In this document: positions 28,294-38,562 of the stretch, piece after piece
Layout of the letters: each line of letters starts with the position of its first letter
How positions within the stretch are numbered: the first letter of the stretch is position 1
Assembly: GCA_035411425.1 (NCBI GenBank)
Contig: DAONSX010000003.1
Coordinates: 27,534-91,533 of the forward strand
Length of the DNA: 64,000 nt
Reading direction: 5' to 3'
From: Bacteroidales bacterium
GTDB lineage: Bacteria; Bacteroidota; Bacteroidia; Bacteroidales; TTA-H9
Notes under the pieces: model-generated
Databases searched by the model: none
What the model was told of the DNA's origin: nothing
What the model saw: the letters and a program-made list of their open reading frames with translations, nothing else
Translations under genes and position numbers: made by a program

Positions 28294-29634
28294 ATGGAAC
28301 AACAAGATACAATCATACACAATGGGCTTCTTTTGACAATGGATAGAGAAGCTCGGATTTTGCCCCATCACAGCATTAGAATTATCGACGGAATTATCCA
28401 AGAAATTCTTCCAGTCGAAAGTTCGAAAGATGATCATGGTATTCGAGTAATCAATGCTTCGGGCAGTTTGGTAATGCCTGGATTCATCAATTGTCATACT
28501 CATGCAGCCATGACTCTTTTGCGTGGTTTTGCCGACGACAAGCCTTTGCATGAATGGTTGAGCGATTATATCTGGCCAGCCGAAGCCGTATTCATGAATC
28601 GTGAAAATATTGCTCTGGGAACAAGGCTGGCAATCCTCGAAATGATAGCCTCCGGAACGGTAATGTTTTCCGATATGTATTTCTTCGAGGACGAAGTAGC
28701 CAGAGCTTGTGAAGAAGCAGGTATGCGTGTTTTATTAGGTGAAGGATTATTGGGTAACCACACCCCGCATTTTACCACTCCTTATCAGGGAATCGATTTT
28801 ACTGAAACACTGGCCGAACAATATAAGAATCATTCACTCATCGAGGTAGCCTATGCACCTCACGCTGTTTACACCTGTCCAAGAGAAATTCTGAGCGAAG
28901 TCGCTCTGCGTTCAGAAAAGAATCATTTACCGGTACATATTCATCTGGCCGAAACCGCCGAAGAAGTCGAAAACTGCATTGCATCGACGGGGAAACATCC
29001 TGTGGATTATCTCGATGAAATAGGTTTGCTCGATCAAAGGTTAATCGCTGCACATGTTGTCCACGTCGAAGAAGAACATTTGAAACTTCTGACTCACAAG
29101 GGAGTTCGTATTGCACACAATCCCTCGAGCAACCTGAAACTAAACTCAGGCTTCCCTCCTATTCACAAACAAATACAATATAAAATTCCTTTAGGACTGG
29201 GCACCGATGGAGCTGGTTCGAACAATAATCTTAGCATCCCGGTCGAAATGCGTCATACTGCGCTGGTAGACCGGTTGCTCCATCAAAACCGCGAATCAGA
29301 CCAGGCATTCCAAATCGTTAAAATGGCTACTATTGGAGGAGCCAAAGTTTTAGGAGCCGACCAGATTACAGGATCGTTAGAAGCTGGCAAGGCAGCCGAT
29401 TTGATTATCATACCACTCGATAAACCCCATCTTCAGCCCATCTACAACATTTATTCTACACTTGTTTTTAGCTTGCATTCATCCGATATCGATACCGTGA
29501 TGATCAACGGTAAAATTGTGATGAAAGATCGAAAAATTCTCACGCTCGACGAGGAATCACTGTTAAAAGACTTAAAGAGGGTAGCAGGAGACATCAGGGA
29601 AAAATTCAAAATGAAGAACCACCTCGCATATTGA
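28294..29634 (+). CDS. mtaD: Amidohydrolase, 5-methylthioadenosine/S-adenosylhomocysteine deaminase-like
   Basis: Metal-binding INCHTHAAMTLLRGFADD..L.EWL, then HLAET and GTDGAGSNN. 446 aa. Confidence 0.8.
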   Translation: MEQQDTIIHNGLLLTMDREARILPHHSIRIIDGIIQEILPVESSKDDHGIRVINASGSLVMPGFINCHTHAAMTLLRGFADDKPLHEWLSDYIWPAEAVFMNRENIALGTRLAILEMIASGTVMFSDMYFFEDEVARACEEAGMRVLLGEGLLGNHTPHFTTPYQGIDFTETLAEQYKNHSLIEVAYAPHAVYTCPREILSEVALRSEKNHLPVHIHLAETAEEVENCIASTGKHPVDYLDEIGLLDQRLIAAHVVHVEEEHLKLLTHKGVRIAHNPSSNLKLNSGFPPIHKQIQYKIPLGLGTDGAGSNNNLSIPVEMRHTALVDRLLHQNRESDQAFQIVKMATIGGAKVLGADQITGSLEAGKAADLIIIPLDKPHLQPIYNIYSTLVFSLHSSDIDTVMINGKIVMKDRKILTLDEESLLKDLKRVAGDIREKFKMKNHLAY

Positions 29635-29639
29635 AATAA

Positions 29640-30935
29640 ATGGAATCGAAGGGTATAAAGATTTATACTTTAGGATGTTATAAGAATCAGGTAGATAGTG
29701 AAAAACTTGCTGGCAAGATAGAATCGGCAGGAATAAATGCAATGCATACTGATAAGTTCGAAGGGAATACATTGATTATCAATACATGTGGATTTATTAA
29801 AGATGCAAAGGAGGAATCCATAGAGGTCATCATGCAGGCCATAGAGGCTAAAAAGAGAGGCAGGATTGGGCGAATCGTCGTTATGGGTTGCCTGTCGGAG
29901 CGCTACAAAAAGGAGCTACGGGAAGAAATTCCCGAAGTGGATGCATGGTTTGGTGTGGAATCCATTGAACAGATCATACAATGGCTCAATTTGCCTGAAT
30001 ATCGAGAAAGAAGAATTATTCGCAAATTAGCCAATCCCCCGCACTATGCCTATCTGAAAATAGCGGAAGGTTGCAGCCGGAGATGTTCATTTTGTGCCAT
30101 TCCAAATATTCGTGGCTCACATCGTTCGCGCCCCATCGACGAAATCATGGAAGAAGCCGAAGGGCTCGCCTCAAAGGGAGTTAAAGAAATTATCCTGATC
30201 TCTCAAGATCTCACTTCGTATGGAATCGATCTATATAAAAAGCAGATGATTACTCAACTGGTGAAGCATCTGAGCGAAAGCAATCTCTTCCCGTGGATCA
30301 GGCTTCATTATCTTTTCCCGACCTCTTTTCCAGAAGACCTCTTGCATTTAATGGCAACAAAAGACAACATCTGTCCTTATATCGATATCCCCCTGCAACA
30401 TATTTCAGAAAGGATCCTGAAATCCATGCATAGAGGAATTGATAAGGCTTCTACTATGGCTCTGATCGAAAAATTCAGAACTCTCGTGCCTCATGCCGCA
30501 CTTCGTTCGACATTCATCGTTGGATATCCTGGCGAAACCGAAAAAGAATTCGACGAACTTTTAAACTTTATTAATGAAGTCAGATTCGAACGCCTGGGTG
30601 TTTTCACCTATTCGGAAGAGGAAGGAACACCGGCAGCCCTCCTGAAAGATGATGTGAACGAATTTACTAAAAAACGGCGAGCAGAATTACTCATGGAAAT
30701 TCAATCGGAAATCAGTTTCGAAAAAAATGAATCACTTATCGGAAAAACCATGAAGGTGCTTATTGATAGAAAAGAAGAAAAATATTTCATAGGACGTACA
30801 ATTTATGATTCTCCCGAGGTGGATAATGAAGTGATAATAGATGCTACGCATACATCACTACAAGTCGGCCAATTCTATCCGATAATCATCGAAAAAGCCG
30901 ATCTTTACGAAACTTTTGGAAAACCCTATAAATGA
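29640..30935 (+). CDS. rimO: Ribosomal protein S12 methylthiotransferase RimO
   Basis: MTTase N-terminal domain (TLGCYKNQVDSE), radical-SAM motif EGCSRRCSFCAIP, and a C-terminal TRAM domain. Confidence 0.9.
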   Translation: MESKGIKIYTLGCYKNQVDSEKLAGKIESAGINAMHTDKFEGNTLIINTCGFIKDAKEESIEVIMQAIEAKKRGRIGRIVVMGCLSERYKKELREEIPEVDAWFGVESIEQIIQWLNLPEYRERRIIRKLANPPHYAYLKIAEGCSRRCSFCAIPNIRGSHRSRPIDEIMEEAEGLASKGVKEIILISQDLTSYGIDLYKKQMITQLVKHLSESNLFPWIRLHYLFPTSFPEDLLHLMATKDNICPYIDIPLQHISERILKSMHRGIDKASTMALIEKFRTLVPHAALRSTFIVGYPGETEKEFDELLNFINEVRFERLGVFTYSEEEGTPAALLKDDVNEFTKKRRAELLMEIQSEISFEKNESLIGKTMKVLIDRKEEKYFIGRTIYDSPEVDNEVIIDATHTSLQVGQFYPIIIEKADLYETFGKPYK

Positions 30936-30950
30936 TTAAACCATTGCAAT

Positions 30951-31685
30951 ATGAAACACTTAAGAACTTTTATTTTCATATCAGTAATTTGTCTGAGCAT
31001 GAAACCCGTTTTTGCCCAAACCTACGACTCCATAAAAAACACTCGAGACGATAAAGGCTCAAAGCAAGGGTATTGGGAAGAAAACATCAATCGCCAACTG
31101 GAGAAAGGATGGTACGTCGACAACAAAAGAGAGGGCGTTTGGAGAACTTATTATCCAAAGGGATTTTTACACGAAGTGATCGAATATAAAGATGGGAAGC
31201 GCGGTGGTTTGAGGCTCGAAATAGATAGCCGTGGATATCTGGCAGTGGAAGAATACTTCGAAAATGACCAGCTTCATGGCCGTTCTATCAATTACTCCAT
31301 GGGAGCTCATCCTCGGGTAGAGCAATGGTATAAGAATGGACAGCCCGATGGCTTGAAAAAAATTTACTACGACAACGGCAAAGTGCAGGAAGAATCGAAT
31401 TACAAAAATGGGAAACGTCATGGCATATCACGCTGGTACAATCCCAAGGGGCAGGTGATAGCTGAATTCAACTACTTTGAAGGTGAATTCGATGGTGTGC
31501 AAAAAACTTACAACGATGCAGGAATACTCATAAAGTCGGAAGAATATTCCAAGGGTGTTCTCCATGGAAATTATTCAGAATGGGACGATGCAGGGAACCT
31601 GATTATTTCGGGCCAATACAAGAATGGTGAAAAAGTAGGGAAATGGAAAGAATACAAGGGAGAGAAGGAAGAGGAAAAGGAATAA
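30951..31685 (+). CDS. MORN-repeat-variant (YwqK-like) secreted protein
   Basis: Signal peptide followed by repeated G.W..YY..G......Y..GK..G units. Confidence 0.75.
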   Translation: MKHLRTFIFISVICLSMKPVFAQTYDSIKNTRDDKGSKQGYWEENINRQLEKGWYVDNKREGVWRTYYPKGFLHEVIEYKDGKRGGLRLEIDSRGYLAVEEYFENDQLHGRSINYSMGAHPRVEQWYKNGQPDGLKKIYYDNGKVQEESNYKNGKRHGISRWYNPKGQVIAEFNYFEGEFDGVQKTYNDAGILIKSEEYSKGVLHGNYSEWDDAGNLIISGQYKNGEKVGKWKEYKGEKEEEKE

Positions 31686-31748
31686 AGAATTTTGGCCGCT
31701 TGTGCATGGAGCTCATCATTCATTTTACTCACGTTGTGGCTTGTATTT

Positions 31749-31789
31749 GATGGGTGTGGAGCTCTGCTCCACACCCATCAACTTTTTTA
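31749..31789 (+). terminator. Rho-independent terminator
   Basis: Perfect 14-bp inverted repeat: gatgggtgtggagc (31749-31762) pairs with gctccacacccatc (31766-31779). It is followed by aacttttttat. Confidence 0.8.
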
Positions 31790-32012
31790 TCTTCTCCCAA
31801 AATAAAATACCAACCATTCAAGTTTTATCCCTTCCCCAAAAAATCTACATAGACCAAAATAAATATCGAATTGCCCCCTTCAATCCATCCTCCTGAGTGG
31901 AGGTTACCTATAAACTATCTGCAACGGTCATTCACCTTGCTACACAAAATCCATGATAAATTTAAAAAAATCCAAGCCATGTTTTTGACTCGGATAGATA
32001 CAAAAAGGGGTA

Positions 32013-33260
32013 CTAAAAGCTTCTCACGGTATTATCGTGGCCATATTCACCTCTCTCGAGCTTATCCTTAAGTTTCGAAAATGCCTCTATGGTATAGGAT
32101 ACATCTTCGAGCGTATGGTCAGCGGTGGGAATAAGGCGGACGAGAATCTGCCCTCGGGGAATCACCGGATAAGTTACGATGCTACAGAAAATATCGAACG
32201 ATTCGCGCATATCGTAAATAAGTCCGGTAGCCTCGGATACGCTTCCCGACAAAATAACCGGAGTAACCGGTGATTGAGTATTCCCGATATTGAAACCTGC
32301 ATTCAATAAACCTTTTTGAAGTTCATTTGCAATAAGCCAGAGTTTTTCTCTTAATTCGGGATGAGTACGGATAATTTCGAGTCGTTTCAATGCTCCTATT
32401 ACCATGGCCAGAGGCAATGATTTTGCATAGGTTTGCGAACGCATATTAAAACGGAGATAATCGGTAACCAATTTCGAGCCTGCCACAAATCCCCCAATTC
32501 CAGCCATGGCCTTGGCAAAGGTGCCAAAATAGATATCTATGCCCTCCTGAACTCCCAGATACTGCCCCGTACCAGCCCCTGTTTCTCCCATCGTTCCAAA
32601 ACCATGTGCGTCATCCACCAAAAGTCTGAAAGGGTATTTCTTTTTTAACTCTATAATTTCGCAGAGTTTTCCCAAATCGCCCGACATCCCGTACACTCCT
32701 TCGGTAATCACCAAAATTCCTCCTCTGTTTTCTTCGGCAAGATGAGCCGCCCGCTGAAGTTGTTTTTCGAGATTTTCCATGTGATTATGTGGAAAAACAA
32801 AACGTTTGCCAAGATGTAGTCTTACACCATCTATAATACAGGCATGAGCATCGCTATCGTAAACGATTACATCCTTACGGTCAACCAATGAATCAATCAC
32901 CGAAATCATTCCCTGATAACCATAATTGAGCACAAAAGCGTCTTCTTTTCGAACAAATTCGGCTAATTCCCTTTCCAGTTGTTCGTGATAAATCGTTTGT
33001 CCCGACATCATCCGGGCTCCCATAGGATAAGCCAGACCCCATCTGGCAGCAGCCTCGGCATCCACCTTCCTAACCTCAGGATGATTGGCCAAGGCAAGAT
33101 AATTATTCAAACTCCAGATGATTCTTTCCCTGCCACCAAAAATCATCCGATGACCAATCTCCCCTTCGAGTTTCGGAAACATGTAATATCCAAAAGCATC
33201 CTCTCCATATTGTCCGAGTGGCCCCTTGTTTGTTGCTATTTTCTCGAATATATCTCTCAT
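32013..33260 (-). CDS. PLP-dependent alpha-oxoamine synthase family enzyme (KBL / 8-amino-7-oxononanoate synthase / serine palmitoyltransferase-like)
   Basis: 415 aa with a class I/II aminotransferase fold pattern (DDAHGFGTMGETGAG, GTFAKAMAGIGGF carrying the PLP lysine). Substrate cannot be assigned by eye. Confidence 0.8.
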   Translation of the reverse strand: MRDIFEKIATNKGPLGQYGEDAFGYYMFPKLEGEIGHRMIFGGRERIIWSLNNYLALANHPEVRKVDAEAAARWGLAYPMGARMMSGQTIYHEQLERELAEFVRKEDAFVLNYGYQGMISVIDSLVDRKDVIVYDSDAHACIIDGVRLHLGKRFVFPHNHMENLEKQLQRAAHLAEENRGGILVITEGVYGMSGDLGKLCEIIELKKKYPFRLLVDDAHGFGTMGETGAGTGQYLGVQEGIDIYFGTFAKAMAGIGGFVAGSKLVTDYLRFNMRSQTYAKSLPLAMVIGALKRLEIIRTHPELREKLWLIANELQKGLLNAGFNIGNTQSPVTPVILSGSVSEATGLIYDMRESFDIFCSIVTYPVIPRGQILVRLIPTADHTLEDVSYTIEAFSKLKDKLERGEYGHDNTVRSF

Positions 33261-33284
33261 ATAAGTTTATCTCTTAAAAATTGG

Positions 33285-33292
33285 CAAAACTA
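33285..33292 (-). promoter_or_regulatory. Bacteroidota-type -7 promoter box (TAnnTTTG)
   Basis: The minus strand reads TAGTTTTG, 24 nt upstream of the ATG at 33260. Confidence 0.4.
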
Positions 33293-33513
33293 TGGTTTAA
33301 TTGCCATTTTTCAAAAATCCAAAATCCTTATTCATTGAATTTGATTATCAATTAATCGATTAAACCCATATTGTGGATTAATAACTTCAAAAGAATATGG
33401 CCGAATGGGTGAAGCCCGTTACGAGGCCATTGAAAATTTAGTTGAAAATTTCTTTATGAGCAAGATACTCTAAAATATCTAATAGAAACAACAATTCATA
33501 ATACGATTTTTCA

Positions 33514-33521
33514 TACCTTTG
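33514..33521 (+). promoter_or_regulatory. Bacteroidota-type -7 promoter box only 4 nt from the bamD ATG (leaderless-type arrangement)
   Basis: TACCTTTG-cacc-ATG, with the ATG at 33526. Confidence 0.45.
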
Positions 33522-33525
33522 CACC

Positions 33526-34329
33526 ATGCAAAAGAACGCTTACCTGATTAGCTTTATCTTGCTGACTGTCATTATATTAACAGGTTGTTCGAAGTATCAA
33601 AAAATATATAAAAGTACGGATAACGACCTGAAATATGAAGCAGCCATTGCATTTTACGAGAAAAAGGATTATTACAGAGCTTTGCAGCTATTCGACCAAA
33701 TCATACCAGCTTTCAGAGGTACCGAAAGAGAGGAAAAAATCTCGTATTACTATGCCTATGCTTATTATTATCAAAAAGATTATATTCTGGCCGGATATTA
33801 TTTCAAACGTTTTGCCGATACCTACCCTACGAGCCGGTATAATGAGGAATGCTTGTTCATGACGGCTTATTGTTCATATTTGAACTCTCCCCCCTATTAT
33901 CTTGACCAGACAAGCACAGTGGATGCCATACGCGATTTTCAGGTTTTCATCAACCGCTATCCCACTAGCAGTCGAGTTCCCAGGGCCAATGAATTAATAG
34001 ACCAGCTCAGGTTGAAACTCGAAGAAAAATATTACAGAATTTCTCTATTATATTTACAAATGGAGGAATATAAAGCCGCCATAGTTTCGTTTCAAAACCT
34101 GATGAAAGATTATCCCGATACGAAATTCAGAGAAGAGGCCATGTACTATATTGTTGAAGCATGGTATAAATATGCCGAAAAAAGTATACCCGAAAAACGT
34201 ATCGAACGACATCAGGCAGCCATTGATGCATTTAACGATTTCAAGGCTCAGTATCCCGAAAGTAGATATTTACAAAATGCACAGAATTTGATCAAAAATT
34301 CGTTTAAAATAGCAAAAATCAAAATTTGA
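33526..34329 (+). CDS. bamD: Outer membrane protein assembly factor BamD (TPR lipoprotein)
   Basis: Lipobox LTGC-SKYQ and TPR-like repeats (YEAAIAFYEKKDYYRALQLF). The bamD-rpoZ-coaBC gene order is conserved. Confidence 0.85.
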   Translation: MQKNAYLISFILLTVIILTGCSKYQKIYKSTDNDLKYEAAIAFYEKKDYYRALQLFDQIIPAFRGTEREEKISYYYAYAYYYQKDYILAGYYFKRFADTYPTSRYNEECLFMTAYCSYLNSPPYYLDQTSTVDAIRDFQVFINRYPTSSRVPRANELIDQLRLKLEEKYYRISLLYLQMEEYKAAIVSFQNLMKDYPDTKFREEAMYYIVEAWYKYAEKSIPEKRIERHQAAIDAFNDFKAQYPESRYLQNAQNLIKNSFKIAKIKI

Positions 34330-34353
34330 ATTTATAATTCTTTAAATTTCTTT

Positions 34354-34686
34354 ATGTTACATAAATATAAGAGGCTACATGCCGATACCACCGCCGTTAC
34401 TCGTCGTATTAATGATTTTGATGCACAAACGGGTAATATCTACGAAACGGTCGCCATTCTGGCCAAACGTGCCAACCAGATCAGCAACGAATTGAAGGAA
34501 GCATTGGATGCCGAACTAAAAGCTTTTCAAACTACAAGCGAAACCCTCGACGAAGTATATGAAAATAAAGACCAGATTGAGGTTTCGTGCAAGTATGAAC
34601 AAATGCCAAAGCCTACTTTATTAGCCATTGCCGAATATCTCAACGGCAAACTTTATTGGCGTAATCCTGTCAAAGAAATCCAATAA
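34354..34686 (+). CDS. rpoZ: DNA-directed RNA polymerase subunit omega
   Basis: 110 aa. NIYETVAILAKRANQISNELK resembles the omega core helix. Positioned between bamD and coaBC. Confidence 0.7.
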   Translation: MLHKYKRLHADTTAVTRRINDFDAQTGNIYETVAILAKRANQISNELKEALDAELKAFQTTSETLDEVYENKDQIEVSCKYEQMPKPTLLAIAEYLNGKLYWRNPVKEIQ

Positions 34687-34695
34687 TAGAGCCTA

Positions 34696-35898
34696 ATGCT
34701 CGAAGGGAAAAATATTCTGATTGGCATCACGGGTAGCATTGCCGCTTACAAAATCCCTTTTCTTATCCGGTTATTGATCAAGAAGGGTGCGTGTGTTCAG
34801 GCAATTCTTACCCCGACAGCCTGCAATTTCGTTACACCTTTAACGATATCTACTCTCTCGAGGCGTCGAGCCATAGTAGATATGTTCGAAAAAGAATCTG
34901 GCGAATGGAATAGCCATGTAGAATTGGGTAATTGGGCCGATTTGATGTTGATTGCTCCCACGTCTGCCAACACGATTTCGAAAATGGCTTCAGGACAGGC
35001 CGACAACTTGCTACTTTGTACTTTTATGGCAGCTCGTTGCCCCGTATTCTTCGCACCGGCAATGGACGTCGACATGTATCAGCATCCATCTACACAAGCC
35101 AATATCAGAAAACTTCAGGAAATCGGATTGCATCTTATTGCTCCACAAACAGGAGAACTTGCCAGCGGCCTGACGGGAACCGGACGACTCGAAGAGCCCG
35201 AAGTAATAATTTCTGTCCTCGACGATTTCTTTAAAAAAAAAACCACACTAAAGGATAGAAAAGTCCTGATTACTGCAGGTCCCACTCGAGAACCCATAGA
35301 TCCGGTGCGATATATCAGCAATCATTCTTCGGGTTTAATGGGTTTCGCTTTGGCTGAAAAAGCCGCGGAAATGGGTGCCAAAGTAACTTTGATTAGTGGT
35401 CCGGTAAAATTGGAAACAACCCATCCAGAGATTCGACGCATAAATGTCGAAACTGCCCAGCAAATGGCAGAAACCACCCTACATTACTTTTCTGAATCCA
35501 ACATCATTATAATGGCTGCTGCCATCTCCGATTTTTCTCCAGTTGAACCCTCCCCTGAGAAAATCAAGAAACATGAGCAGGAAACACTGGTTTTGAATTT
35601 GAAACCTACAATGGATATTCTTGCCGAAATGGGCCGCCGAAAAAAGAATGATCAGATCCTAGTGGGGTTTGCTCTCGAAACAAACAACGAAAAAGACAAT
35701 GCCCTCTTCAAACTAAGAAATAAAAATGCCGATATCATCGTTTTGAACTCGACACGCGACAAAGGGGCAACCTTTGGGTTTGCCACCAATCGTGTAACTA
35801 TCTTTCATAAAAATGGTGATAGGGCACAATCAGAACTTCTACCCAAAACAGAAATTGCTCAAATGATTCTCGATTTTATCATTCAACATCATTTTTAA
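34696..35898 (+). CDS. coaBC: Bifunctional phosphopantothenoylcysteine decarboxylase / phosphopantothenate-cysteine ligase
   Basis: Flavoprotein N-terminus ILIGITGSIAAYK...PAMDVDMY..P. The CoaB half includes ITAGPTREPIDPVRYISNHSSG and AAAISDF. Confidence 0.95.
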   Translation: MLEGKNILIGITGSIAAYKIPFLIRLLIKKGACVQAILTPTACNFVTPLTISTLSRRRAIVDMFEKESGEWNSHVELGNWADLMLIAPTSANTISKMASGQADNLLLCTFMAARCPVFFAPAMDVDMYQHPSTQANIRKLQEIGLHLIAPQTGELASGLTGTGRLEEPEVIISVLDDFFKKKTTLKDRKVLITAGPTREPIDPVRYISNHSSGLMGFALAEKAAEMGAKVTLISGPVKLETTHPEIRRINVETAQQMAETTLHYFSESNIIIMAAAISDFSPVEPSPEKIKKHEQETLVLNLKPTMDILAEMGRRKKNDQILVGFALETNNEKDNALFKLRNKNADIIVLNSTRDKGATFGFATNRVTIFHKNGDRAQSELLPKTEIAQMILDFIIQHHF

Positions 35899-35903
35899 AA
35901 CTA

Positions 35904-36809
35904 TTGCGTCAAATGCGTCGTTTTGGAATTTTTATCGGCATTTTACTTTTATCCATTGCTTCAATTGGTCAGGAGCTCGATTGCCAGATTTCTGTCTCGA
36001 CACGTCAGGTAGAAGGCACCGACCGTCAGGTCTATAACACCTTGCAAACGGCTTTGTTCGAATTCATGAACAACAAACGATGGACCAACTATCAATTTAA
36101 ATTGGAGGAACGTATCGAATGCACCATGCTCATTCAAATCTCTGAAAGGCTGTCTGTAGATGAATTCAAAGGAACCATGAATGTGGTTCTCCGCAGGCCA
36201 GTATATAAAAGCAGTTACAATTCCATATTACTCAATCATGTAGATAAAGATATTCAATTCAATTATGTCGAATTCGAACCTCTTGATTTTCAGGAAAGTG
36301 CCATTACTTCGAATCTAACGGCTATATTGGCTTATTACGCCTACATCCTTATTGGTCTCGATTTCGATTCGTTTTCGTTATATGGAGGAACCCCTTTTTA
36401 TGAAAAAGCTCAGACCATTGTCAACATGGCCCAGAACCTTCCACAAAAAGGATGGAAATCGTTCGAAAGCATGCGCAATCGTTATTGGCTGGCAGAGAAT
36501 TTCAACAATACAAGTTATAATAAAATTAGGCAGTTCATTTATCAATATCACCGTCAGGGACTCGACTTGATGGCCGAAAATGTGGATCAGGGCAGAACGA
36601 ATATTATCGAGAGCCTCGAACTTATGCGTCAGGCTTACCGCGATAAACCCAATTCTTTCCTCTTGCAATTAATCCTAGATGCCAAGCGTGACGAATTTAT
36701 CAATATATTGACCGGAGCTCCCGATCAGGATAAGGTGAAAGCAGTCAATCTTCTCAAAGAAATCGACCCTGCCAATTCTACAAAATACCAAACTGTCCTC
36801 ACAAAATAA
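35904..36809 (+). CDS. DUF4835 family protein (sometimes annotated as the T9SS-associated PorD)
   Basis: Signal peptide. 301 aa. The position between coaBC and recN is conserved in Bacteroidota. The family is recalled from synteny and sequence feel, not from a search. Confidence 0.6.
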   Translation: MRQMRRFGIFIGILLLSIASIGQELDCQISVSTRQVEGTDRQVYNTLQTALFEFMNNKRWTNYQFKLEERIECTMLIQISERLSVDEFKGTMNVVLRRPVYKSSYNSILLNHVDKDIQFNYVEFEPLDFQESAITSNLTAILAYYAYILIGLDFDSFSLYGGTPFYEKAQTIVNMAQNLPQKGWKSFESMRNRYWLAENFNNTSYNKIRQFIYQYHRQGLDLMAENVDQGRTNIIESLELMRQAYRDKPNSFLLQLILDAKRDEFINILTGAPDQDKVKAVNLLKEIDPANSTKYQTVLTK

Positions 36810-36843
36810 TCTTGCCACAATTCGAATTTCAAAATGCTATTCG

Positions 36844-36851
36844 TAATTTTG
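36844..36851 (+). promoter_or_regulatory. Bacteroidota-type -7 promoter box (TAnnTTTG)
   Basis: TAATTTTG lies 19 nt upstream of the recN ATG at 36871. Confidence 0.45.
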
Positions 36852-36870
36852 AACAATTAGGAATAACACT

Positions 36871-38523
36871 ATGCTTTGCAGGCTGAGCGTCAAAAATTAT
36901 GCTTTAATCGAAGAACTCGAGTTCGAACCCGGGCCGGGATTCAATATTATTACAGGCGAAACCGGTGCAGGAAAATCTATCTTACTCGGAGCTCTGGGGC
37001 TTATTCTTGGAAATAGGGCCGATATGCAGGCATTACGCGATAACTCACAAAAATGTATTGTGGAAGGCACTTTCAAAGTAAACCTCGAACCCGTAAATCG
37101 ATTCCTTTACGAAAACAATCTGGATGTTTGCGATGAGCTCATCATGAGAAGGGAAATCCTGCCAGGAGGAAAATCACGGGCCTTCGTCAACGATACACCC
37201 GTTAATCTCAATGCATTGAAAATTATTGGAGATATGTTGGTCGACATTCATTCACAGCATGAAAACCTCCTGGTAAATGAAGCCCAATTCCAGCTTGCCG
37301 TTCTCGACGACTTTGCCCGTAATAAAGAAATCCTATCGAGTTATTATGCCCAATATCTGGATTATCGCAATAAAACCACCAAACTGGAGTTACTCAGCGA
37401 ACAAGAAGCAAAATCGATGGCCGAACAGGATTTTATTCACTTCCAGCTCGATGAACTTCATGAAGCCCATATCGAACCAGGAGAACAAGCTAAGATCGAA
37501 AACGAACTCTCTTTACTCACACATGCAGAAGAAATTAAAACTCGACTGTCAGAAATGATTCAAATTCTGGATGACGAGGATTCGGGCGTAATTCCTGCAC
37601 TTGCCAGCCAATTTTCGAACCTGAACAGCCTTATTCGTTTCGATGAAGCTCTCAAAGAGATAGAATCGAGATACACAAGCTGTTTCTATGAACTCAAGGA
37701 CATATTGCAGGAATTGATTAAATATGCCGACACTATACATTACACACCCGATAGGATAGCGGCTCTCAGTCAGCGCCTCGATATTCTTTTCCGCCTGCAG
37801 CAAAAGCATCGCGTAAAAGATGCCGACGAGCTGATCGAAGTAAAAGAACATTTCATCGAAAAACTGAATTCCTATGCTTCGTTGAATGAACAGATAGAAT
37901 CGCTTCAACAAGAAATTATCTGGATAGAAGGAGAACTCGAAGAAAAAGCCAATCGATTATCAGACAGAAGGAAGGCTGCTATACAGCCCATTCAGCATCA
38001 ATTGAAAGAATCACTCTCAGAGCTGGGAATGCCCGATGCCAGCATTGAAGTAGTTTTAGAATCCACAACCGATTTTATCGAAACCGGGAAAAACAGAGTA
38101 AATTTTCTATTTAGTGCCAATGTGGGGCAAGAACCTCGAAGCATCTCTAAGGTTGCCTCGGGAGGAGAGATTTCGCGATTGATGCTGGCTATCAAATCAT
38201 TGATTTCGAATAAAACCATGATTCCGGTTCTCATTTTCGATGAAATCGACGCCGGAGTTTCGGGTGGAATAGCAGCCAAAGCAGGCAGGCTGATGAAACA
38301 AATGGCCAGAAATATGCAAATCATTGCCATTACACATATACCACAAATTGCGGCACTGGGAGACAACCATTTTCTGGTATCCAAAAAAATAAATAAAGGC
38401 ACCACCCAGAGCATTATCGAACGACTTTCAACCGAAGGAAGAATCAGAGAACTGGCCGGGATGCTTAGTAATCACGAAATTACTCAAGAGGCCATAGCGG
38501 CTGCTAAACAATTGTTGAAGTGA
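36871..38523 (+). CDS. recN: DNA repair protein RecN
   Basis: Walker A ITGETGAGKSILLGAL, a long coiled-coil middle, and a C-terminal ASGGEISRLMLAIK...LIFDEIDAGVSG. Confidence 0.95.
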   Translation: MLCRLSVKNYALIEELEFEPGPGFNIITGETGAGKSILLGALGLILGNRADMQALRDNSQKCIVEGTFKVNLEPVNRFLYENNLDVCDELIMRREILPGGKSRAFVNDTPVNLNALKIIGDMLVDIHSQHENLLVNEAQFQLAVLDDFARNKEILSSYYAQYLDYRNKTTKLELLSEQEAKSMAEQDFIHFQLDELHEAHIEPGEQAKIENELSLLTHAEEIKTRLSEMIQILDDEDSGVIPALASQFSNLNSLIRFDEALKEIESRYTSCFYELKDILQELIKYADTIHYTPDRIAALSQRLDILFRLQQKHRVKDADELIEVKEHFIEKLNSYASLNEQIESLQQEIIWIEGELEEKANRLSDRRKAAIQPIQHQLKESLSELGMPDASIEVVLESTTDFIETGKNRVNFLFSANVGQEPRSISKVASGGEISRLMLAIKSLISNKTMIPVLIFDEIDAGVSGGIAAKAGRLMKQMARNMQIIAITHIPQIAALGDNHFLVSKKINKGTTQSIIERLSTEGRIRELAGMLSNHEITQEAIAAAKQLLK

Positions 38524-38562
38524 TTTTGTTTGAAAATTTTAAACGAAATACATCGATCAAGT

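Noticed and set aside
30951-31685. MORN-repeat protein often labelled 'YwqK family antitoxin', considered as part of a toxin-antitoxin pair
   Set aside because: It has a signal peptide, no adjacent toxin-like gene and its own strong terminator. The antitoxin label is a family name rather than evidence here.
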